A stretch of 64,000 nt of DNA, from positions 68,515 through 132,514 of the forward strand of contig MU619272.1 in assembly GCA_025201805.1 (NCBI GenBank), read 5' to 3'. The DNA comes from Parasitella parasitica NRRL 2501. Lineage: Eukaryota; Fungi; Mucoromycota. The notes under the pieces were generated by a model, which did not search any database, was not told the origin of the DNA, and worked only from the letters and a program-made list of their open reading frames with translations. The translations under genes and the position numbers were made by a program. Below are positions 14,734-24,930 of this stretch, piece by piece; the first letter of the stretch is position 1; each line of letters begins with the position of its first letter.

Positions 14734-14877
14734 ACCACATGTTTCCTCAAATGCGAAAATCTCCTAGCAAAAGCAACATCACTCTGATTCTATACTCAAG
14801 ACAGTCAAAGACGAAGATATCGAATAAATAAAGCCACCATCCACTCTACATATACGATCATCACAGTTTTATTTAAC

Positions 14878-15414
14878 TTAGGCAGTTCTTAAGATCAAAT
14901 GCACACCGCTATCAGTCCAGATGGGCTTGCTTAATTCGCCCACTTGAAGAGCAAAAGTAGCATCTTCGAAAGGCTTCTGCATTTGGCCTCTCTCAAAATA
15001 ACCCAAATCACCACCACGCTTTGCACTTGAGCAATCAGAATAGTTGGTAGCTAATGCAGACAATGTTTCTTCGCCAGCTTCAATCTTTTTCTGGTATTTT
15101 TCCAAAATTTCTAATGCTTCTTCTTTGCTGCGAGTAATATTTTCCTCTTTCCATGAGCTAGGTCTTCTCGAGTCTTTGCTTTTGACCAGCAAATGACTAG
15201 CTCTCACTCGATCGATTTCCCCTTCCACTGTAGGTGCATCCCAACGCGATTCTTTGGTAACTGTGTTGAAGAAATAATCCTTGTCGTAAGTACGGGAATG
15301 ACGCACAACCCAATTCTCTGGCAGCTCCTACATGATGTGTCAGTATAGTGAGCTTTAGTGTGTTTATGCTGCTCTGCCATGTAATTATACGCGACTCTAT
15401 CATGAACTTACCAT
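14878..15414 (-). CDS. ESS1: Peptidyl-prolyl cis-trans isomerase Pin1/Ess1 (WW + parvulin)
   Basis: ATG|GTAAGT intron (15411-15328), then [21 protein letters not shown] (WW domain) and [30 protein letters not shown] (parvulin domain). Confidence 0.95.
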
Positions 15415-16728
15415 GTTGTTCCGGGTTCTAGGATATATTATTAATCGCTATGCTATAGCTGCATTATATCACTATTTACCTTCAAACAAGTTTATGTGAT
15501 ATCGGGATATAACCTCAATTATTTTTGAAAAATAACGAGATCAGTGTAAAGAAGCGCTCATGTTCAGCATGTTGCATCTCCCTTAATAACTTTTTCAAGT
15601 GTCGCCTATTGAAGATTGGCAGTGCAAGTTGGCCAATGAAAAACTCTTTCTCCTGTCAAAAGAACACTGTCTCAAGGCATAGCTGGTGATGGCTGCTCTA
15701 AAGGTCATATAATGAGTGGGCTTCTATTCTTTATCTTTTTATACTTTTATACATAAGATATCAAATAATAATTTGATCCAATTCGATGCTATCCATTGTG
15801 CCTCTAGTAGAAGTTCGAGATCGGTTTGGAGTTTGTTCGGAAGTAGGTGTTAATCTGCGCCTATCAACATCTGCTTTGTCTTTGATTTCCACAGCATCGC
15901 CCTTTTCATCAAAACCCAGCATCAAGCTTGCATTCGTTGATAGCCTTTCTGCATCCACAAGGCCATCTTCATTCAAAGCAGGCATATTTTTGACAAATTC
16001 CCGTTGCGGAGTAAATGTGCCTGATTGCCTAGGAGCTGGTTCACTTTTTTTCTGGATCTTCAAACAGGGTAGGTTTTGAATGAGGTACTATAGGTGGTCT
16101 TCCAGGGCTATCTAGTGGAGCATCGCCTTTGAGCTGTTGTTCTTGACGAGTATCTGCTTGTGCAGAATTACGGCGCATAATGCTCAGCAGTGTACGACGT
16201 AGAGTTGATGCTGTATTGCCATGATCTTCCTGATGCCTTGCATCACCGAACACGATAGAACGAGCGGTTGTCTGCTATAATAGCAGATCGAGAAGCACTT
16301 GATTTCTGGGCTCGATTTATATCTTTGGTAAAGATGGTATCATAATGCGTCAATAAATCGCGCAAAAGTTTCTTGAGATGGCGATCATGTATATTTACAG
16401 CAGATGTTACTCTTGATCTCATCAAAACAAATGCAAACATGATGATCAAATGATTGAGCAAGCCTTCGCTCTTTGTTTGTCTGAGCAACCTATGTGCAAA
16501 TACTTAGTCTACCTTTCAAATTCACCAGTGCATCGAGCTCATTTGAACAGATGATGCGATAGCGCTTTCAATGTGTGGTAATTAGGAGATGGTCAAGTAG
16601 CTAGCAGTTTATTTACAGACATCAATCGGCTTTCGACATCCTGCTGATTTGCATACAATATTTTGACAGGGTCGTACAAATCAAAAGTCAACAGACATTC
16701 AGGCAGTTCCAGCAGGTAAATTCGAATA

Positions 16729-17390
16729 CAGTGCTTCCACTCTCAGTTTACCGAATTTTTGAAAACACTGCTCACTTTTTTGAGAATAAATAACCATCTT
16801 TTACAAATATTTTGACCAACTTCTGGTCAAATAAAGTACAAAGGTTCTTTATTTGAGCATTTAAGGAAACGATTTATGGAATGCTGAATGAAATCCTGCA
16901 AATGTTTAACCGGAACTTTCAATAACCCTTAAAGTGAGGTTTCCACTTCAGTCAATTTACTTACATCTTCTGACGCTATCCTTCAAAACTTTCCAAATCT
17001 GCTCGATAGAGTTGAGCTCAGGAGAATAAGGCGAGTATCCTCGTTCAATAATTACAGGATCGGTGATATTTCGCTCTTTTTTAGAAGCTGCTTCGTCGAT
17101 ATCAGGGTCTTTGGGCTCTTGTTCTTTCACCTATTTGCGGAGATTCGTCAAATTTGTTAATGAAACGATGATTCTACAACAACGAAGGCCGACGCTTTGC
17201 CAGATTCGTCTACAATCCTACCTCTACTATCTTTGTGAAAGAAATTCATTTTTATGAATTACAGTTCTGAAGAAATGTAAATATCAAAAAGTCGGTCAAA
17301 GTATTTATATGATGTGGTTAATTTATTTTCGCAAACCTGGTCAAATTAACTTCTCGCACAAGCGGGCAGTGTTTTCAAGTGGAAGCACTG
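16729..17390 (-). mobile_element. Non-autonomous Tc1/IS630 deletion derivative, copy A (right TIR internally deleted)
   Basis: TA-CAGTG...CACTG-TA ends. The minus strand retains transposase relics PYSPELNSIEQIWKVLKD and HLQDFIQHSINRF.KCSNKEPL. Confidence 0.88.
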
Positions 17391-17556
17391 TATTTTGCAT
17401 TCATCATCATACCATTTCACTTTCATTAGTTAAAACTATATAAACCCCCGTGTGTAATATTATTTATATTTTAATCTTCTGTAAAATTTTCGGTTAATTC
17501 ACAACCTTCTTTTCAAAGGAATTTGTATTATCATTCTGTCCAGAGGAAGAAGCAGT

Positions 17557-17730
17557 TTATTGTAGGCTGCGGTTTTTTGGTCCCATTTTAAGACAATTGT
17601 CAAACACGTTCACAGAATGTTGATTCATGTACAAGTGAATAGGGACAACTCTTCTATCATATGCCTCCTTGGCTACTACTCTTGCATTAAGATCTTCATC
17701 TCCAGTGATTTTACTTCTCTTGACAAAGAA
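17557..17730 (-). mobile_element. Relic of a different Tc1-family transposase C-terminus
   Basis: VKRSKITGDEDLNARV..EAYD..V.PIHL..NQHSVNVFDNCLKM.P parallels the Tc1 C-terminus in copies A and B (VRR..K...ET...QHSINRFPKCSNKEPL). No TIRs found. Confidence 0.5.
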
Positions 17731-18099
17731 GAATGTAGCATGTTGCATTCAGACATTCTTGCATATGTGTAAAAATCGACGAAAGCGACTACGAAATCAA
17801 TGATTCAGGTAGGAACTGCCGTAGATACTTGTTGGTATCAGTCTTTAATGGATATTGCGAGATATTGTCTTGCTGTGAGTTTCCGATATAATACTTCTAA
17901 ATCTGCCGTTAACCATGGTATGGCCATGAAATTAAAAAAAATAAAATATAAAAGATGATTGTGATATTTTATAATCAGTATAATATATAATGCGCAATAC
18001 ATCAGGCAGCCTCTACATAAACAGTTTATCGTCAGATGGACAAAACAAATTTCATACACCAGCTTATTCGGCATTTATGTAGGAATATGTCCAAGGAGT

Positions 18100-18455
18100 G
18101 CGATACGATCAAGTCGTAAAGATACACTTAAACATAACGGCTGGGGCGTGACTCAATCATACAAAGAGTTTATCTGATCCTGCCATTAGGCCTTTGCAGA
18201 GCAAATAAGCAAGGGAAAACCAATACGAGCCCGTCGTAAAGATAAACTCATGCTCACCAAGTAACCTTGTAGTAATATACCTAAGAAGTGTTATACGACC
18301 AGGCCGTAAAGATAGACTTGAGTATAAAACTACGGGTGCTACTTTATCATACAAAGAGTTTCTGACCGCCCATTAGGCCTTTGTAGAGCAAACGAACAAG
18401 AGGAGAGCAATACGATCTAGTCGTAAAGATACACTCATGCTCATCGAGTAACCCT
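18100..18455. repeat. Diverged ~190-bp tandem duplication carrying four TACGA-N5-TCGTA-AAGATA dyads
   Basis: Dyads start at 18104, 18224, 18294 (one mismatch) and 18411. The block ATCATACAAAGAGTTT...GTAACC occurs twice. Confidence 0.85.
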
Positions 18456-18615
18456 AATGTACAGCATTTCCTTAGTTACTTACCAGAGTGTGAAGATGGA
18501 AAATGTTAAAAAAAAATATCGCAATCAGAGTTTTCTTTTGTTTGATGACGTTGACACCCTATAAGTAACTCTGATCTTCTTTCATGCATTTTCATCTTGA
18601 CAACTGATAAGCAAC

Positions 18616-20763
18616 ATGTCAAGCGCAAACATTTCCTTACTATGTGAAGCAAGTAAGTCTACAAGCAAACAATCGAATTTACTTCTTATAATTTTTTCCA
18701 AAGGTGAAGATGAGCTGTTTACATTTTATGAAAACTACTTCAAAATCACGCACGTCAAATCATGGAAAGTATTGGACTTGTTTAAAGCATTGCTGGCTGA
18801 ATACAAGCCAATTTCATACGATTGCGTGTCAATTTTTGTTCATACTTTCAAACGATTTGGACGAAATTATGCTTCCAATGATGTCAAGATACAACATACC
18901 ATGAATAAATTGTCAGATAAGTGCGACAGTGTTATTAACTCTGACTTGGCAAGAACGCTCGTGGTGAAAGAACATGTAGAGGTAAATATTTTATTTCACA
19001 TATATTTTACATATATTCATCTAATATTCTCTATCATGAACATTTTGGACACAGCAATCGAGACTTTTATATTGTATTCATGTTGTTGATGATGTATTGA
19101 AGGACAAGACCAATGTGATAAATCAAAATGTAGTACATCCAACTACTTCTCCATCATCCAACCGAACATCAAGTTTAAAAGAAGTGACCCCACAATCATC
19201 TTCATCGTCAAGCACATCAGCAGTGGACCCACAATCATCTATATCGTCAAGTGCAGCAGCAGCAACGACATCCACATCATCAAATAAACCATCAATGCTG
19301 AAGAGAGTCGACAATGATGATCCATCACCTTCATCTCAAAACAAAAGAAGAAGTCGTTTAAGTGTAAAATATGTCAAAGGGTTAAACTTGGATGAAAAGT
19401 TACAATGCTTAGCTGATTATTAGTAAATTTAATTACTAGAATCCCTGTATTCAGCTGCTGTTATATATTAACACATTTCTCCTCTAGTGGTAATGATAAT
19501 ATGTTGGACCTCGTATTCCCTGGTGTTATTCCTGTTCGTTTCGCAAGTATCATGAAGCGAATTTCCGATGATTTACAAATGCCACTATCACTTAAGTACA
19601 CTGAAAACGAAAGGTCAATTCTCATCAAGGTCATCAAAGCAGCATCATTGCATGATATAGAAGTAATTGTGAAGGATATCCCGCTGGTTCCTCGTGTTGG
19701 TCTTCAATCTTATCTGTACATTGCTTTATCAAAACTGTAGGTTAACTTGCTTATTTTCTGCTTGATGAACGTTAATCGTAATAATTGTTTATTATCAGGC
19801 TATTACTTTATCAACGCGATCAATTACAAGACACTACTCATAAGGAAGGGTGGTACCAAGGGCATTTGTATGCTGATGTTTTTGATGCTGTTTTCCTATT
19901 TGATCCTTGCTATGTTACAAAGAGGTAACATATATCAAGACACCCTAATATGGAAGGGGAGGAGCTAACATGCTGTCCGATTCATTTTTGTAGGACTGAA
20001 TGCCATGCGACGACTATCAAATACTTGAAAAAGATGAAACAGATTGCTAGTGATGAAAAGGACGTCAAAGTAGATCTTATCTTATTTAATACTCAATTAG
20101 GTGATATCTTTTCATGTGAGGACAAACCAGCTGAAGCAAAAGAAGCAGATGTTGAAGCAGATATCAAGAAAGCCAAGGACCTCCGCCAGAAGCGTCTCTT
20201 GTATATCAAGTCCATTCTGCCCCATTCATCACTGATCAATTCCGTTGAAGTTATCAGCTCGCAGTTTTGGGGTTTATCTTTAACAATTTATGGGTCAAGA
20301 ATGACCGAGAAAGGAACCATCATTCATTATCAAAAGGGTGTAGCAAGTCTTTCCCCAATATTCAGCATGCCAGAAGTAGCTCACTTTTTACTCACAGTCA
20401 TGTCTTTACAAGTAAGTGCAGATGCCACTTTCATTATTTTCATTCATAATTGCCATTAATACGTTTTTATAGCGAGCAATTGTATTGGATTTGAAGAAAC
20501 TTACAGCAATATACCAAGTTGGCCTTGAAGACTCGATCAGCTTCTTATCATCTAATAATGATGGCATGTTTTATCGTGATGACTCCCCTATTTCAGATAA
20601 TACTTCAGACACCTCGATCAGTAGCGATATGATGGGAATGGAAAAATTACGTAGAATATTGAAGCAAACTACTGACAAGGTTAATGCAATTGGTCTTGAT
20701 GACGACTTGTTAAGCTGTGAAGACTGGGAAGATCTCCTAGTGCTTGATGAAAATGACAGTTGA
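18616..20763 (+). CDS. Putative PD-(D/E)xK restriction-endonuclease-fold protein (CR-REase-like), 7 exons, ~588 aa
   Basis: Exons 18616-18652, 18704-18981, 19055-19422, 19488-19736, 19799-19924, 19994-20411 and 20473-20763 splice (all GT..AG) into an open 1767-nt frame. Motifs HKEGWY..RTECHA..KVDLIL..SCEDK. Confidence 0.7.
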
Positions 20764-21207
20764 ATTTGCTTGTTGTCCTCTCCCTTTCTCTGTTTTCTTT
20801 GCGGTTTTATATACCTATATTAATCACTACCACCATTATGATAAACATTGTTGTCGCCATTATATATACCATTATTATATCATTTTAATCATCAAGGTAC
20901 ATGTCTCTGTCATATGAATAAATCATTTAGTATCGAGGAGTAATTGAAACGCGCACAATCAGGATTGCATTCAGATTTTTCAAATTTGAATTTTTGAACA
21001 TTATCAACTGTGCTGTTCCTGGAACCAGATTGTCTCTAATAATTGTATAAAAACTTCAAGTAACAAGCCCTGATTGCAACATGGCTCACATACAACATTA
21101 TTCGGAAGGTGCCCCTATATCTTCTCAGATTCAAATTTTTGAAGGCAAATATTCATATTTTACCGGTTTATACTGTATACTCCTGCATAGTTTGTATATT
21201 CTATATA

Positions 21208-21947
21208 CAGTGCTTCCACTCTCAGTTTACCGAATTTTTGAAAACACTGCTTACTTTTTTGAGAATAAATAACCATCTTTTACAAATATTTTGACCAACT
21301 TCTGGTCAAATAAAGTACAAAGGTTCTTTATTTGAGCATTTAGGGAAACGATTTATGGAATGCTGAATGAAATCCTGCAAATGTTTAACCGGAACTTTCA
21401 ATAACCCTTAAAGTGAGGTTTCCACTTCAGTCAATTTACTTACATCTTCTGACGCTATCCTTCAAAACTTTCCAAATCTGCTCGATAGAGTTAAGCTCAG
21501 GAGAATAAGGCGGGTATTCTCGTTCAATAATTACAGGATCGATGATATTTCGCTCTTTTTTAGAAGCTGCTTCGTCGATATCAGGGTCTTTGGGCTCTTG
21601 TTCTTTCACCTATTTGCAGAGATTCGTCAAATTTGTTAGTGAAATCAACAACGAAGGCCGACGCTTCTTTGCCAGATTCGTCTACAATCCTACCTCTATT
21701 ATCTTTGTGAAAGAAATTCATTCTTATGAGTTACAGTTATGAAGAAATAAAAAGATCAAAAGTCGGTCAAAGTATGTGTATGATGTGGTTAATTTGTTTT
21801 CGCAAACCTGGTCAGATTAGCTTCAAACATCCGGCCAAATAAGTCTTCTTTTTATGGGCAATTTAGTCTCGCACGAGTGGGCAAATTTTTTTTAAAAAAA
21901 ATGGGCAGTGTTTTTGAAAATTCGGTAAATTGAGAATGGAAGCACTG
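21208..21947 (-). mobile_element. Non-autonomous Tc1/IS630 deletion derivative, copy B (both TIRs complete)
   Basis: Highly similar to copy A and TA-flanked. The minus strand has the N-terminus MNFFHKDNRGRIVDESGKEA followed, after a large internal deletion, by YPPYSPELNSIEQIWKVLKDSVRR. Confidence 0.9.
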
Positions 21948-24029
21948 TAATGTTTGCTAACTGATGTAAACTAAACTTTTCCAAGGCATCCGTAAGACTT
22001 GAACCTGCTAAACTATTGATAATATTGGACCATACATCCTCAATAAGCGGATCCGCCTCTTCGCTTCTTGTCATAGATATACCTTGATTTTTTTTTGTTA
22101 CATAGTGTTACATAATCGGTAATTTCTTGCATACCTACATCAATGATTTTGAGGCCCTTGTTGACAATTAGGGGTACATATGAACCATATATTTGTACCA
22201 CTTCCTCCAATGACACGCCAAAAATCTGATCTATAGCAGCTCCATAGTAATAGTTTTAATATACCATAGGCCGAGGACAGTACTCTCCAGTTTTGAATTG
22301 TTCAACAGTACAGTGGATTTCCTGCTCTGGTTTTAATGTTTCTTGGAAAAGTGCGATACGATTGTATGTTTCTTCAAATATGGGCAGTGTTCCACTTAAC
22401 TCTGTTGACATGGTTATAAAAACTTGAAAACACCATTAATATATCTAATAATGTGATGGCAAAAACTTTGAGTTAACTGAGCTCCTTAACATGCTTTAAA
22501 GCATTGATTCTGTCCACTTCCAACCGTTGTATCTCGTCGAAATGCGTAATCTATACGTTATAATTCAACATCATGCTTAAACTGAGATTATTATTATAAA
22601 GTCGTACCAACTTTTCCTCGAGCGATATTATCTTTTGGTTGACATCCATTATCTTTTTTTCTGTACACTGCATCAATCATTTCTACTTGCGTTTTTGTAG
22701 CGGAATCCACAGTGGGGGTTTTCAAGGCTTGCAGCTTCCAAAAAGTCCTTGAATTGCACTGCTAGCAATGTTAGTACTGGGCGAGGAAGAAGGCGCCTCC
22801 AAGGTCATGCTAATCTCAGTAGAACTATCAGTAGCGTGAAACTGATCATCGTACACACCTCTTTTGATACGAGTCTTTCGTAAATGCGGTTCTACGACAT
22901 TCTGCTGCACTTCGTAATACTGATCTAGATCAAACCCGCTATTATCTTTGGAAGCACATTACAGGAATTTAAGCGCCACCAAATGCTTGCATATTTCTGT
23001 CGCCTCACTATCCAATGCTACGTCCCCTTGCTGACGAGGGGATGCACAGTAATCTCGGATTCATTTGAATATGTGCTTCCCTCGGTATCGTTGAGATGCT
23101 TTTGCACTTGGTTTTGTTCCCTGAATCATCTTTTGCATTCGGATAACTGCTCTTGCCACTTGTCGATAAGGAAGTACTGTGGATTTGCCGAGCCGAACTC
23201 CACCACGATCCACATTAAGCTCTGAGGTAACTGAACTCGATCTCTGTCTACCACCCACAAACTGAGCATCTTCCAGATCATTATCTTCCTCTTCTTGAAA
23301 GCCAAAAGGCAAAGGTGGACGAAAATCCGGACATTTTTGTTCCAGAGCTCGGCACCGAGACCAATATACCGATCTTGACAACAAGGCAGCTTGAGCGTAA
23401 TGTTTAAACTCTTCAATTTCTTCCTCCAACTTTGATCTTTTTGCCCTGTATTTGTTCCTTGAATAATCGAGAGAAATTAAGGAGTGGCTCCGACACATCT
23501 TGGGCTATTATACCTGCTCTTAGTCTATAGCAATGTGCAGCTTCAGTGCTATCAGCACATATCATGTCAAATGCACTTTTCAAGCTGGCATTCATGGTGG
23601 ATTCTACCAAATCCGAGGCCGATTCCACGGCTGAGGAGAGATCAGATACCATCAAGTCGGCGCAAGCGTTTTCTGCGTTGATTCGATTCTGCAAGTATGT
23701 GGTTATGGTATCATTCTCAAGAGCAGATTTTGACAGTTTGTCATGAAGAGCATAGAGACCCGTGGTATAATTGGGAATAGCCTCTGTTGAGGCTACGGGA
23801 GACCAAAAGGAGTTGCTAGAACTGTCTTGCGTAGAGTTCACCTTATTGAAAAGTATAGGAAGAAAAAGCTTCATTTTTTTTTTCATTTACGAGACAATTA
23901 TGAACGGAAACAAAATACTTTGTTTGGTCAGGTAATTTGTAAGACAATGTTGATGTGGTACAATACACTTGCATAGCTTGACTAAATCGTCCTTCAGTCG
24001 AAACTGCGCTTCTTTGATTACTATACCAT

Positions 24030-24814
24030 ATGCCTTTTGACGGAGAGCGCCCAGCAAAGAGACGAAGAGTGAGCCTTGAACATGGACAGCGTCGACCTGA
24101 TTTTCAGCGACTCATTGCCCAGTATACCATAACGCCAGATACCCCTATTATTTTTGGAAGGTTTGTCATGTTCGTGGTATGAACAAAAAAGTAACTGGTT
24201 TTTAACAGTTAAAAATAGTTATATGAGGGTTATATTCCATATTGTAGGAATTGGCTTTGTATTATTCGTATTGTTTCAAGTACTACAGTCATTTACAACC
24301 GAAATTCAAGCACGTTATTTCTTTCAACTAGATGGTATACAACTTGTGCATTTCGTATTTATGTGGTGCTTGCTTACAAATTATATAATATTGGTTTAGA
24401 GATGGGACAAAAAGCTCGATTGTGCCATCAAAAGTATGTAAATCACAACTGTGGTCCCCATTTGAAAGGCGTCGTCTGGAAAAAATATTGTGATGAATGG
24501 GATAGATATCCTTTTTTTTTAAAAAAAAAAAAATACGCTAATGCAACATTTCGCATGGTTTGTGTCATTCTTAATTCTTCCAACACATGTAGGCAATTCC
24601 AACCAAAAACTGTGGCGAAAACCAAAATAGCAGCTCAGGTGTTTGGCGAAATGATGAATGGATTTGTTGAGCCACTCAGTTTAAAAGCAATGGTACGATA
24701 TTATAAAGCAGGCAATGAACATCGTTAAGCTAACACAGACTAAATGTCATCTAGTTGATCATCTGCTCGATGTCGTTTGGCTTCTTTGTTGTATCAAATT
24801 TGATGCAAGTCTGA
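24030..24814 (+). CDS. BRR6: Brr6/Brl1-family nuclear envelope protein, 5 exons
   Basis: TM helix YMRVIFHIVGIGFVLFVLFQ. Four-Cys loop CHQKYVNHNC...YCDEWDRC, then VAKTKIAAQVFGEMMNGFVEPLSLK and a second TM helix. Confidence 0.85.
24506..24586 (+). other. U12-type (minor spliceosome) AT-AC intron
   Basis: 5' site ATATCCTTT, branch site TTCTTAAT at 24568-75 and 3' AC at 24585-86. Splicing gives W-D-R-C, restoring the family's C-x3-W-x2-C-type spacing. Confidence 0.85.
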
Positions 24815-24930
24815 AATATATAATGTTAACTTCAGCACTTAAATAAACCTTCTGCCGTTAGTTGTGGTGCCAGCAAATTAGCTTTTCATTTTTAACAACA
24901 ACTCGCGAGCTAAAAAATTTCTTTTTGTCC

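Larger units (their letters stand above)
16729..21947. mobile_element. Composite-transposon-like unit: two direct-repeat Tc1 derivatives plus 3.8-kb cargo, TA target duplication
   Basis: Outer ~45-bp imperfect TIRs starting CAGTGCTTCCA, with TA at 16727-28 and 21948-49. Removing the unit and one TA restores the host RhoGAP frame. Confidence 0.85.
15761..23886 (-). pseudogene. F-BAR/DEP/RhoGAP (Rgd2-like) pseudogene, interrupted by a 5.2-kb insertion
   Basis: FCH motif NSFW...YLQNRINAE, DEP-like YRGKHIFK*I and RhoGAP LANIIRIYLLELPECLLTFDLYD (rejoined across the insertion). In-frame stops at 23061-63, 22959-61 and 16593-95. Frameshifts near 23440, 22730, 16265 and 16045. Start codon uncertain. 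Confidence 0.85.

Noticed and set aside
16729-21947. LTR retrotransposon (long direct repeats around an internal region)
   Set aside because: The repeats have their own TIRs, TA flanks and Tc1 transposase relics. There are no TG..CA ends, PBS/PPT or gag-pol.
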